Of a stretch of 64,000 bases of DNA, positions 51,801 to 64,000 are shown piece by piece. Origin of the DNA: Ruditapes philippinarum. Its lineage: Eukaryota. Position 1 is the first letter of the stretch; each line of letters begins with the position of its first letter. Both the position numbers and the translations under genes were made by a program. The notes beneath the pieces were generated by a model. The model was not told the origin of the DNA. It searched no databases and was given only the letters and a program-made list of their open reading frames with translations. The stretch lies in assembly GCF_026571515.1 (NCBI RefSeq), contig NW_026855774.1:62001-126000 (forward strand), written 5' to 3'.

Positions 51801-54800
51801 CCCATGGGACTTGTCAAAAAGTTCGGATTTCAGAGGTTTCCGGAATTCAGAGGTTTATGATAATGTGGACAAGACTAAGCCACTTAATATCACTAAATGT
51901 CAAGGACGATGTGGCCATTACTGTAATATCATATCAGTTTGTAAAAATGTTGTTAATTGCATAAACTTACATATCGTCCGATGCTAGTTAATTAATTATT
52001 ACATCAAATGCAATAAAATCCCTAAAGACGTTTGATGCATACATTGTTCCATTAATTGTCATTTAATCCGCTAATAAACACTTCAAATTAACTGACCGCC
52101 GTAAATTACTTTGACTAACCGCATCACTTCAAACATACCATTTCAGTTTGTGATTTTAACGCGTGTCAAATTACACGATCACCGCTAATTAGTAAACAAT
52201 CGATAGGGAGATTATATCTTCCTGCAGGGTTTACAATGTATTTCACACCTTTGGATATTTCCGGTTTTTGGAGGTAAAATTGCATTGATTTGACTCTAAT
52301 TTTTCGAAAATATCGTCCGGAATTCAGAATTTAGAAGTTCCGGAATTCAGAAGTATTATATTAATAGAAAATAGAAGGGAAAAATCGGGACCGAAAAAAT
52401 TGTTCGGTTTTTAGAAGTTTCCGGATTTCAGAAGTTCCGGAATTCGGAAGTTACACTGTAACAACATTTAGCTCAAATATGCAATTAGTAATTAGACAAT
52501 TAGACTAATGGTCATTTGTCTTTCACATATGATTCAGAAATTATCTGGGATTAGTAGTTGGTCACTTGTGAAGATTTTACTGAATGCTGGTTAGATGAAC
52601 TGACTGCCAAATTTGACCAAAAATGTCTTATAATCAGTATTTAAACCTGAAAAAAACAAACAAATCTACAAATTTGTAAAACTTACATTTTCTGGTTCTA
52701 CTCCTATATCTTCACAAAACTTCTCCATACCTTCTGGCCCCAAAACATCTTCATCAGGACCTGTATTGTACAAACATCTGATATATCACTTTCTGTTTTA
52801 CTAAAGCTTTAAATCATTTAAGTTTACATTTATCTGGGTCATTTGTTGACTTTACTTACTGGTGGAGGATATAAAACCTATTCTATTACTTCATGAGTAT
52901 GTAGAACTAATCATCCACTGTAAGCTAACTTGACAGATTCCTCTCATTTAAAAATCTATGTCAAGTCACAAACCTACAACAGTGAGGAACAGAAGTGTTC
53001 CTAATAGTGACATCAAAATCTTGGCCAAGGCAGTTGTAAATATTATATAACCATGAACTTTCTGTAACATAAATGAACTATTTTCATTTGATTCTATATT
53101 CAAACATTAAAATTATACACAAATGAATGATTACATAAGGATTTTTTTATTGGACTTTAAATCACACCAACACTTTAATGACTATATGGAGACTTTCCTG
53201 CTTTACTGGTGGAGGAAGACCCCTGGTGCCACTTCATGTTTTATTTCAGGCTTAAGTGGGCACCTGAGTAGAACAATAGATGCTCTGTAAAAAGCTGGAT
53301 AGCCTCCTCACATAACGCAAGTCCCTTGTGGGATTCAAACCCACAGCAGTGAGGGGCAAGTGGTTAGAAGTCAATGACCATAAACACTCACAACCTTAAC
53401 CACTAAGCCATGGATGCCCGGATAGTTATATCTAAATGCTATTTTTACGAGTTAATAAATGTACACTGTACCTGTGTATTCATGAAACCATGATATACAC
53501 TGTTTGTGACTAAATGTATCTGCAGAACTTGTCTGTCCACGTCTTGATCTGATATGAAAGAAAAACAGCTGTACAAGTGAATTACCCACAATTTGTTCAT
53601 AAATCTGACAATTTATATGTTGTCCTTACTAATTTATACCTGTGTAAAAGTCAATGTTTCATCTAATAAAGCATAAAATATGATATATTTAATGTTGCCT
53701 AGTACCATCATCAGCACAGACAAACTGACACTTCAACTTTTATAATATACCAAAGTGCATGATAGATCATTGACATTGTCTAAAATTCACCGTAACTTTA
53801 TAGTTAACCTAACCAATTCATTACATTATGAATGCTGTCAAGTTTAAACAATTTGTTGATGCAAGGTTTGTTTATTCGAAATGATTGTCATCAAAATGTC
53901 ATTAGATTGTACAGAGTATAACTTCTAAACTATCAATGATATCTCAATGAAACTTCACACTGCTGTAGAGGAAGTGCACATTCTAACACTATCTGAAATT
54001 TTTCTATATAAACAAAGAAGGCCCGAAGTGCGCATTATTCTGCAACAATGCACTCGCCGTTCTTATTATCTCCCTGTGTATTTTCACATTAAGGGCGCCA
54101 TTTTGTTTGAAAAATCTGGTAAATTAAAACAATTTTTTGTCGAATTTTGTTGTGAAAACTATCTAGAATGAAAGAAAATGGTCTAACTAAGAAAATAAAT
54201 CCGAACACCAATATCTTTAATTCAGTCGTTAACGCTGTACAGACGTTTAAAGTGTTGTTTACGTGACGTCACAATGTAGCGCCAAACAGCACGTGCAAAA
54301 CAATCAAAATCAAGTACGCTATTTTAACGTCACAGACGAGTTAAGTTTTACATTTATTTCACTTTTGATAATTTGTATTTCGCTTGGAAAATTATAGACT
54401 GAAATAAAATAACCAAACAAAGTTTTATCAACGTTTTCAAAATTCGTTATTCTCAAAATGTTTCTACACACGGTAGATTTAACGACAGTTTTTTCAACCC
54501 ACTGGAACGGCCTTTAAAGAACGTTTCTATTGGCAACTCTGAGGCGAAAACAAATTTAACCGCCAAACATAAAGTCCAACTTTAAAATAATAATTATATT
54601 TTTTCTTGACGTGTTAGAATGGAAACAGATATTAATTCTTCGTGCATTATTGTATAATAATGCACGTTTTTCGTTCAAATGCTTTGTAATTAATCACTCA
54701 GGCCTATCGGCCTTCGTGATTATATTACTACACATTTGAACTCAAACCGTGCATTATTCTACAACAATGCACTCAGAATTGATATCTATTTCCTAAATAA

Positions 54801-55137
54801 AGTGAGAACAACTACTGGATATTCTTGTTTCAGTTATGGAAGTGAAATTTCTTTTTGAATAGCAATAAAACATTATGCTAATGAGTAATTTTCAATAGTA
54901 TCAGACATCAATGACTCAAATTACTGATAGAATTTCAATTATCTCTAACATGATCCAATTGAAATTTTGATTATTCATCATTTTACATTAAACTTAAAGA
55001 TCCAATTTGTATCTACATGTAACCATATTCACACAAGTGTAATGATAAGAATAAATCAAATCTTACTGTGAATATTTTGCTCTCTTTGACTTGGATTCCT
55101 CCATAGTAGGTGAGGATCTTTTCCGTCTTATGGGCAT
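45809..55137 (-). CDS. DCUN1D4: DCN1-like protein 4/5 (cullin neddylation co-E3), 230 aa from the ATG at 55137, possibly longer at the N-terminus
   Basis: Exons (-) 55137-55067 (acceptor at 55197), 53548-53472, 52760-52687, 51366-51275, 50193-50085, 46878-46774, 46537-46435 and 45870-45809. Motifs [53 protein letters not shown] and [19 protein letters not shown]4 versus D5 orthology is not resolved. Confidence 0.93.
47074..47768. mobile_element. Two adjacent hairpin elements (47074-47232 and 47360-47768)
   Basis: Apices GAGTGGCATAGCCAC and AGTGGCGCAGCCA. The second copy has TTTTATTATATGC..GCATGAAATAAAA inverted ends. Confidence 0.75.
48059..48660. mobile_element. piggyBac-like MITE (partial copy at 49200-49360)
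   Basis: Ends GAGTTAAAGGG-TTAA. The second copy begins TTAA-CCCTTTA and shares AAAAGCCTCCTGTTACAAG..AAACTGCTATGAAA. Confidence 0.5.
49546..49982. mobile_element. Complete hairpin-ended element (same family as 47360 and 7018)
   Basis: Arms TTTGTTTAGTTCAGTGTAAGATCG and CGATCTTACACTAAACTAAACAAA; apex ACGAGTGACACAGCCACGAGT; 3' GCATGTAATAAA. Confidence 0.8.
50345..50622 (-). mobile_element. tRNA-derived SINE
   Basis: Minus head TGGCCGAGTGGTTAAGG..GGTTCTAGCCCCACGGGGAGC. Confidence 0.65.
50718..50850. mobile_element. Small foldback element (second copy at about 58062-58190)
   Basis: Arms TAAGTATAAAACTTTACCGAATG and CATTCGGTGAAGTTTTATACTTAG. Confidence 0.65.
51776..52458. mobile_element. Tc1/mariner-type MITE
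   Basis: TA|CAGTGTAACTTCCGAA..TTCGGAAGTTACACTG|TA; subterminal TTCCGGAATTCAGA repeats. Confidence 0.85.
53145..53420 (-). mobile_element. tRNA-derived SINE (degenerate copy at about 52840-53030)
   Basis: Minus head GGGCATCCATGGCTTAGTGGTTAAGG..GTGGGTTTGAATCCCAC. Both copies share TACTGGTGGAGGA. Confidence 0.65.
53998..54789. mobile_element. Hairpin-ended element in a DCUN1D intron
   Basis: Body nearly identical to 24732-25280; hairpin at 54626-54789 with apex CTCAGGCCTATCGGCCTTCG. Confidence 0.8.
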
Positions 55138-55791
55138 TTTGTCTTCCTGGGAACCACTGCTACTACTACACTGGAAACCAGAATGGTCTTGTAGAGTCTA
55201 AAAAGAAAAATATTGTTTAGTCAAAAAAAAAATAATTTTGATTCAATTTTTTATCGTAATTATTTACAGCAATGTTTTTATGTGTTTGAGGTCATCCAAC
55301 CAATTAGGAAAAACCATCATATTTCTGGTTGGGTTTACAATGAGAAAAATTTGGCCATCAACATGTACCATAAAAAGTAACTGAGGTTTCAAGTGGGGAA
55401 TTCAATTTATTAAGAGAAGAAAAAATATAAATTAAAATTTTGTGTAGTCAAAGTTCTTATTTCTGTTTATTATGCAATGAAACACGACTGTTAGGCCTAA
55501 AATATAATATTGTTTATTTCCCCTCCCAAACCTACCCCAAAAAATCACAGCTACCCAAAAAGTTTTATTGCCAAAGAAAGAAAATTTTTATTTTTCTTAA
55601 ACTCTTACTAAACATAGAAGCTGAGAGTGTCACATCTTCATATCTGTCTCATGTTTTTTTAATTGTAAATATACAAATTGGGATACAAGTTGAATTAAAC
55701 TGAAAATATAGTTTTAATCTTTAAACAGATCCTTAACATTCACAACTCCATAAAATCTTGATAGAAAAATATGATGTACATTTTGGATAAC

Positions 55792-56526
55792 AAACAAGAG
55801 CTATCACACAAGTGACGAATACCCCCGTTTTTTTAATCATGCAGGTATTATGAAAAGAAAAGAGAATGAAAGTAACTAATTGCTTAATATTGTTCTTGTG
55901 AAATGAAATGCTATTTATAAATAGCAAACTCAACACCTTGGGACAAGGGTCTTGAATGCGACACATCATCTTCATGTGGTAGACATTTAGGCCAAGTTAT
56001 TTTAAAATCCTTGGCTTCAATGCACAACAATGTTACAGTTTGGAAACTAATGTGTACCTTCAAACACTTCTTATGAGCATAAGTACCTTCAAACTTTTAG
56101 AGTGACCTTGACCTTGGAGGTAGGAACATGAGCATAAGTACCTTCAAACTATTAGAGTGACCTTGACGTTGGAGGTAGGAACATGGGTCTTACACACAAC
56201 ACACCATCTTGATGTGGTAGACATTTATGCCAAGTTATTCTAAAATCCTCCGATGCATGACAAAGTTACAGCCTGGACATGATTGTGTGTACCTATTAAC
56301 TGTAATTGTGATAATGTGAAACTTCAAAATGTTAGTGTGACCTTGACCTTTGAGGCAGGGAAATGGTTCTTGGACACTACACATCGTCTTGATGAAGTTG
56401 ACATTTGTGCTATTTCAAAATCCCTCAATATATGACAAAGTTACAGTCTGGACACACATGAAGTGGGGACACACAGACAGAGGGACAATACGATTTTAAT
56501 ATGCCGCCCTTCACGGGCATAAAAAA
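55792..56526 (-). mobile_element. DINE/Helentron-like tandem-repeat element
   Basis: Starts AACAAGAGCTATCAC..GTGAC, has repeated GTGACCTTGACCTT..ACATCATCTTGATG units, and ends ATGCC..GGGCATAAAA. Confidence 0.65.
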
Positions 56527-59389
56527 GTATTTTATTGACCTACCTACTATACACAAACTGGCATGGGTCGCTGGAGGGCAACAAAGATAATTTTAAGGCT
56601 GGCCTTATGTTGAAATATCATGGCCATGGTTTTCAGAAATAGGGAAATATTCTTTTTGAAAAGGGGATGATAGGGGACCAAAATATCAAGCCCCAAATTT
56701 GGGCCCTTTATAAGCACTGCATACTGCAAAAAACTTTTTCTAGAAATTTTTCCCAACGATAAACAAGGACAAAATTTCAGTCAGTTTCAGTCGTTCATTG
56801 TTCGACATTGCTTTAGTAATTGAATCATTGTAGTGTTTTTGGTACTTTAGTACTTGATTGATGGGGTCAAGTAAAAAATTTTAAGCAGCACTTTTCTCGT
56901 TCACTTTAAAGGGGCCATTTTACTTGTCAAAATCCATGCTAGATTTACGTACCTTCTTTCTAAGTGTTCTCAAACCAAGTGTGGAAAGTCAGCAAAATTA
57001 TTGATTGTTGATTGAGATATTGATGGTTATTGTCAAGTTTGTAAATACTAAAACCAAATTGTTAAACCAAAAACCTTGATAATTTAGAATACTGAATAGT
57101 CCTGCTTTTCTTCGATACAATTTTTCCGGGACTTGAAAGGGAGAAATTAAAAAAAATGCAAAGTAAACAAATTTTTTTTAAACTTAGTTAATAAAAAACT
57201 TACTAAAGAATTTTAAATTTTTAAAAAAGGTAGCCAGTTGCCCGGTTTTTTCTCCTCCCGGATGTTTAAAAGATTCTTCCCCAACCCTTTTACTGAAAAA
57301 AGAAAAAAAAAAAATTGTATTTTTACGGGCCCTTAATTCGCAAAATTTTTTTAAAAAAGGGAAAACTTTTTGCCCCCCCCATACTTTTCTATAAATTTAA
57401 TTTTTGGAAAAAATTAAAATTTAATTTTAAATTTTATTATAATTATATAAAAAAGTTAAAAATTTTTTCCAAAACAAGGTTTTTGCTTTTTCCAAAAAAG
57501 GTTGGAATTGCCGGGTTTAGCCCTGAAAATAGAAAAATTTCCTTTCTTTCCCCCAAACTTTTTTGTATGTGGTCAACACATAAAGCCAACAAAAATACTT
57601 GATTAACTCTACCATTCCTTTCTTGTCAAAATATTTTGACGCACTCAGTAAGATTCTGCTGGGTCAGAATGTAGGAGAAACTCAGTATTGCCCATGAGAA
57701 AGATATCACAATAACTTGACTCATAGTACAATAAGTTATACTACATGCGCTACTTAATAAGTATGTGCATCAATCTGCAAAAAGATTTAGCTTCTTGCGT
57801 AATAACTAAAAAACAGTTAATTGCTACACATTAAAATTGATGTCTGTGAACATGTTATAAATGGAATTTACGTAATATACTCCGTTGACAGCTTTGTGAA
57901 GTTTTTTTTCTGAATCAGACTATAACTGACCTTCTAGTTAGAGTAAGATTCTCCAGATCCAAATGATGTTTTTCTAAATATTTAATATAAATGAAGTTAT
58001 TCTGTCAAAAAGTCAAACAGCAGAGTGAGACTGTAATACTGTCGACCAAAAACCGGAAAGTGACCTTATGACTAAGTATAAAACTTTACCGAATGTGTAT
58101 GAGGAAACGATTCCATAACGACAGCAGCAATGGATTATTAATGTTTTATAGAAACGCATTTGTTAATGTTTTATACTTAGCCATGAGGTCAATATTTTAG
58201 CTGAGTGTGTTAAAATTTGAATGGAATACTTATTCAAGCTATGTTGAAGATTATATAATAAAAGAATAAAAGTATTATTAACATTATTGAACAATATGTA
58301 ATTGAACAAAGCCAATTCTACCGATATAGACCTGTCATTAGTAAATTTGAGTTTTGTGTTTGAATTTACAAATTTTGTCTGTCAAAATGCACGGCTATTG
58401 CATTTTATGAAGGGCGAGTAAATTTGGAGGGTCACTAGGACGAGTGGTTCTTAAAAAATTCATCAAGGCCTGCATCTATTTTTGTTAATTTGCCATACTG
58501 GTTAACTAAAGCGCTTTACAGATGGTTTCCAAATCTTTGAACGGAAAAATATATATCGTACATGCTTTAATCAAGATTTTTCGGATGTGACAGTTTAATT
58601 ATGTTGAAAGGTATCTATTTTTTTTTCGTTTTGCCAGATATTTTTGTGTTGAATGCGCTATGTGTTTTTGAGCAATTTCGATATGACGTTGCTTTGCCCT
58701 GGGGCAGAAGCAAACATATCTCAAAGCAACGTCATATTTATAGCACTAATGCATACCAGAACTCTGGATGATGCGTCAACGAGAACACTGACTGGAGAGT
58801 TGTTAACAAATTTGTTAACATGTTAAAGCGAGCTTTACGGTAACGCGAGTACCTGCTAAGTGATGGTTTTGAAAACTTTCGTCCGAAGTACTGATATGAC
58901 ACATCGCAACATTTCGAATTTAAAGATAACGATAAAAACTGAGTAATTCTGACTGAAAACGGATGTGGTAACCAGCGCACTTCTATGGGAACCATAATTG
59001 GACAGGGAACCAGAATAACGGAAGCTGTGTATAAGGCTTAATCGAATGACAGTTTTAAAACAGAAAATGTAAAATGAAAATTGAACGATTATTTCAAACG
59101 ATTATATATGAATTGTTCTTTTGACCCCACCTTGTTAAATTATAATTTTCAGGTGTACAAGGATAATCCGAATAATGCAAGCGTCTGTTATTTGTCTTTC
59201 TGTGACTGTGGTCGTAAATTCTTGAGTACGAACTTTGTTCTGATGTCGATTTAACTTGCAGGATTATGTAAAGCTGAAACATAAAGAGGCGATATTCTGT
59301 TAGAAGTCATTTTTTTAATAACAAAACATCCGATTACCCTCCATATATCTGCAAAAACCGTTACAAATACCTACTGCGCTGAATTTTCC

Positions 59390-59500
59390 GCAGTAAGTAA
59401 CTTTTCCCCGGAAACGGTAACTACGCATGCGTTCTTGGGGATCTCTTCTCAGCAGTTTTTCCCGGCCTCTTCCGGTCTCTTTTGACCGGCAGAGACCCGC
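59390..59500 (-). promoter_or_regulatory. Probable DCUN1D promoter
   Basis: Local CpG-rich patch with ETS-like CCGGAA motifs and an NRF1-like ACGCATGCGT, next to a candidate first exon ATGGAGG|GTAATC (59344-59338). Confidence 0.45.
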
Positions 59501-59516
59501 GAATATTACAATAAAT

Positions 59517-62080
59517 ATTTTATTTTATTTTTATTTATACATTTTAGGAACATAGCACATTGATACAAAATATAAAATCATACAGTTAAGAGATAACATA
59601 TATAAATCATATATATATAATGAGATCATAAAACAGCATAAAAGAGCACACTTTTGTCACAAAAAAATAAAATTAAGAGATACTATATGCACCTATGGAT
59701 AGCCCATTAAGCTAAATGATTATTTCCAATGGGGTCCATGGAAATAAAAAAAATACAACATAATTTTAACCCTTTTCCCCCCTAAAAAAAAAAAACAACA
59801 ACAAGATAAAAAACTAAACTAACTAACTTTGGTCAAAATTTTGGTTGAAAAAGGAAATATATTTATAAAAGTATGCCCTTTTTAAAATAAGCCTAGTATT
59901 ACTATCACAGAAATATTTGATCACAGTGCCTAACACATTAGTTTTACACATATATATCTTCTGAAAGACTTTTATAACTTTCTAGTAGGGTACTTTTTAA
60001 CAGATTTTTTGTATTGCACAAATTATTAATGGATTTTATATATTCTGGCAGATCATTCGCAGTCTTTCATTCCATTATAATAAAAGGTCTGATTCATCAC
60101 AGGAATTTCACTGGGGACAATAAAATTAAAAATTGCTTGATCTAGTATTGTAAAATCTTGAATCAGCACAACATCTAAAGTCGGCTCTAGGTATGATGGA
60201 CTCTTTTTGTAAAAAATATTATACATATGATTGAGTCTTAACTGTTTGACTCTGTTTTCTACATTTAACCAATTTAATTTTTCAAACTCATACACTGTTA
60301 CAGAAGTTCTGGGCGTTAAGTTTTTGGACAAATCTTAATACCTTATTCTGAGTAATTTGTAACTTTCTTTTCAAATGTTTTGATAAACCTTCATACAAGA
60401 GAACAAGAGTAGTCAAAATGACACTGAATCAGGGCTGAACATAAAAGCTGTTTTGTTTTAGTATCTAAAAGTCTGCTCTGCCTTTATAAAAATTTGAGCT
60501 TGGCATTCACTTTAGAAATAATGTTATTAACAATAGTTTCCCCAGATAAATCACTATTGATATATAGACCAAGATACTTGACTAAATTAGTACCCTTTAT
60601 GCTATGACCATTACATGTAACAGTAAATTGTTCTTGCTTTTGTAATTTTCTTTTGGGGCCAAACAGCATACATTCTGTCTTACCAAGGTGGAGTGACAGC
60701 TTATTGTCTACCGAGCCATTCTGAACAGATTTCTAGGAGTGTCCCAAGTTTTTCTGAGATGAAATTCGGGTCTTTATGTGAGAATAAATAGTGCTGTCAT
60801 CTGCATACAGTATTAAACTTGCAATCATTATCGATACTTAAAATCATATCATTTACGTAGCACAGAAAAAGCAACGGCCCTAGAATACTACCTTGGGGGA
60901 CGCCACAGGTCACACTGTTTGATTTAGAGTAAGTATTTCCTATATTAACAATTTGTGAACGTTCTGAAAGATATGATCTGAACCAGGAAATAGACTGAAC
61001 ACCCATTAATTCTAACTTTCCACTAAGAATATCATGGTCTACGGTGTCAAACGCCTTTTGAAGTCAAGCATCACCATACCCTGTGTATAGCCCTTTACTA
61101 GTATTAATTCTATATAACATCATGTAAGTGAATAAGACAGCTATCTGTAGAATTAACACCTTCTAAAACCAGACTGGTGTTCATACAGTAAATTATTGGA
61201 AACCAAAAATGTTTCAAGTTGAACATAAGCAGCTTTCTCCAAAATTTTTGAAACTACACTTAAAATACTGACAGGCCTATAATTACCAACTTCTAGAACA
61301 CTTTCTTCTTGTAAAGTGGTTTTACTCTAGCCAACTTCATTTCATCTGGTACTTTACCTTCAGAAAAAAGATAGATTAACAATGTAAGTATTTGGTATTT
61401 TCAAAACACTAGAACCATCCTTCAAAAATCGGGCAGGAATACCATCTAATCCTGTGCTTGTACTAACATTTAAGTTGCATAGTTCCTTAAAAACAAAATT
61501 TTCAGATTACATGTTGTAGATTTAAAATATTTACTATCAGGATTTCTGTTTACTATAAAAATTGAAAAAGCTTTTCAGACCCTAAATCATACAATTTTTT
61601 ACTTGAAGGTAATTTTCTCAACAAGTTTAGAAGCAACACTTGTAAAAAAATCGTTAAAATAATTTGAAACAGTATCAGCGTCATGGCAGTTTTCCCCATT
61701 AATTGATAATACAATATTTGAAGATTTCTTCTTGTCATTTTTATATCCAAAGTCTTTAAGTTTTGCCAGAATTTGCTAGGATTTAATTTGTTTTCCTCTA
61801 TTTTGTTAGTAAAATATTTGACTTAGCGGTCTTTATATCTCTTGAATTTGATTCCTTAACTTACAAAAAATCTTATAATCCCCTCTTTCACCATACTTTT
61901 TGTATCTATATAAATACGAGTCTCTTTGTTTGATACTATCTAGTATTTCGGAGTTAATCCAAGGCTCTGACTGGTTACGTAGTCTTACTTCCTTTACTGG
62001 GACCACAGAGTCTAAAACACTAGTAAAAACATTTTTAAAAGAAATCCATGCAGTATTAAAATCAGTAGAGTAAAAACCGC
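59517..62080 (-). mobile_element. 5'-truncated CR1/L2-clade LINE with frameshifted ORF2 (RT)
   Basis: GLDGIPARFLKD, NYRPVSILS, KAFDTVDHDIL, GVPQGSILGPLLFLCYVND, YADD (frameshifted) and VKYLGL motifs; (AATAA)n 3' tail at about 59517-59540. Confidence 0.9.
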
Positions 62081-62399
62081 ACGTTTACAAATGTTTAGTA
62101 TAAATTGTTGTTTGTCCTAACGAACTTTCTTCTTCACGTCTGTAAGAAGGCACTTTTGAAGAAAATACGAGTACTTAAACGATGATTAAGCGTAAAGAAC
62201 AGTAAAATAATAGACGCATTTAATAATATACTCAGTATAGATCTTGTTGAAAATATAAAAATAAAGAAAATATTTACATGCCCTATAAGCTGTTGGTAGT
62301 GCAAGGTGTGGGCAAATTGTATTCGCACGAAATTTCTTGCACTTATTTCAATCGGACAGAATTCACTTTCATTCCCCCTCCTTCAAGAGATACACGTTC

Positions 62400-62640
62400 T
62401 AGAGCATATTGAATGAGTGTAAGTTCAATACTGAATTTATTGAGTAAGTTGAATAAAGTTATATTGTGGAGCCTCTGGCGGGCGTTATATTATTTTATAA
62501 ATTTAGTATTGAAATTATTGACGCACCTATATTATACCGTTAGCATTATTAAGCGGTCTTTACACTATGTTTGTATAACGCAAATGACGTCAAATCAAAA
62601 TATATGCACGTCCATGCAATACCGCGTGTATGTGATAAAG
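62400..62640. mobile_element. Degenerate copy of the 7299 hairpin element
   Basis: ATATTGAATGAGTGTAAGTTCAATACTGAATTTATTG..GAGCCTCTGGCG. Confidence 0.7.
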
Positions 62641-64000
62641 AGTCATATTTAATAAAATCAATTATACCGATCGGTCGACATTGAAATAAACTTAACATGT
62701 ATTGCGTCAATGTTATATGCATAACGTTTTGGATAAAAATTGGTAAGTATCCAAGGTTCTTAACACAATTTATCTATAAAAAATACAGAAGGGCGACACA
62801 AAGAAAAAATGCACGAAATACCCAAAAATACCCAAATATTCAAATATAACAATATTCATTTTGGTTTGTATACAATATAGATTATAATGAGAAAATGAAT
62901 TAATATTTACCAAATAATATGACTTAGCCAGCTATAACTTTCATTCATTCGGTTGAAATTGGCTGTTCAACTTTGAGTTAAGAGTATATTAACTTATAGT
63001 ATATTTTTAAGGCGGGGGCTCATATTTCACTTTCTTTTTTGTTTTTTGACACATTTGAGATGAACACAGAGGGTTTTTTTATCAATGTGTCCCAGGTCCG
63101 ATACTCGATCGTGCCTGTGCCTGTACCCAGACAGCTGTGTCGCTAAGTATACAAAGAGTAAATTTTAATAGCCCATTTTTGGTTGGATGATACGTAGAGC
63201 GTCTGCAACAACCAATCAAATTCAATTTTACAAACGATTTGTTGAATTCCTGAACTTTCAGGAGAAGCAGACAGAAATTGTTTTCATTTTATTTTATTTC
63301 AAGGTAGTAAGACGTGTGAAAACAATTAAAATACTTTTAGAATGAATTCAATGTTCAATATTTTCATAAGCCTTTTACTTTGCAGGGACAATCGTTTGTT
63401 GCGCCAACAAATTTGATTTTTTTGTTAGATATTGAAATCATATATACTAAGTGGGTGGGGTACTGATAAATGATTTATTGTTAAACCCATTGCCCTCTTT
63501 CCAGTATTTATTAACTTGCAGGTAGGACTTATTCTCTGTGTAGGTAGGTTACTCGTGTGCGTGATCCCCATTTACATAGAGACAGCTTGAACAGTGTGGC
63601 CCTTTGCTGACACAATTTGTGACAAACAGCACTTTTCAGGGTTAACCTCCATTATTGTCACTGATTACTGTATGTTTAAGTGCTCATTGACCCACTGTAC
63701 AGAAACCTTCTTTCAGCTCAACATAACTAGGGGATGGACCCTCATGAAGCAGTTGACTAAATATCCTCAAGGTATATCCTACCGTGACCCAAATTCGGCG
63801 TTCTCCTAAATTCGGTGATGTTTTGTTTTTCGTCATTTAAGCGAGATTTCAGAGGTGAAGGTCAATCATGTTTATGTCCCACGGTCTAATTATACTACTC
63901 GAGTGATTTTATGCGCTAAAGATTGAGATACGGCTGGTAAACATGAAAAATTGTATATGACATGGAGAAAATTGTGTGTTTTACCTGATGCAATTTCAAG

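Noticed and set aside
57100-57602. K/F-rich ORF 57315-57602 and the odd homopolymer-rich composition (also 5930-6200, 56620-56760, 59760-60060)
   Set aside because: The inflated homopolymer runs look like low-coverage long-read consensus error, not coding sequence.
63594-63809. 71-aa ORF near the window end
   Set aside because: No recognisable domain or convincing exon chain on either strand.

Overview
AT-rich, intron-containing animal genomic DNA. The repeat families and gene content suggest a bivalve mollusc (inference). Genes were assembled by hand from GT-AG exons with consistent phases: the last exon of TRAPPC2/sedlin (+); a four-EF-hand, probably secreted Ca-binding protein (-); a signal-peptide + BRICHOS precursor (+); two tandem, diverged GAF-GAF-PDEase genes of PDE10A type (+, about 797 and 771 aa); and DCUN1D4/5 (-). 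The rest is DINE/Helentron-like tandem-repeat elements, long-hairpin elements, MITEs, tRNA-SINEs, decayed LINEs and a 37-bp intronic minisatellite. The most striking observation is the BRICHOS gene: after an RNAR furin-type site it has three tandem-duplicated, phase-compatible alternative last exons, each encoding a different W-C-x4-C peptide, so one chaperone domain could carry three cargo peptides. Second, several sequence-unrelated ~150-bp hairpin elements share the same strand-specific apex (tandem GA/GA mismatch, short GC stem, usually a GNA/GNNA loop). Some stretches look like low-quality consensus, so frameshifts there may be artefacts.
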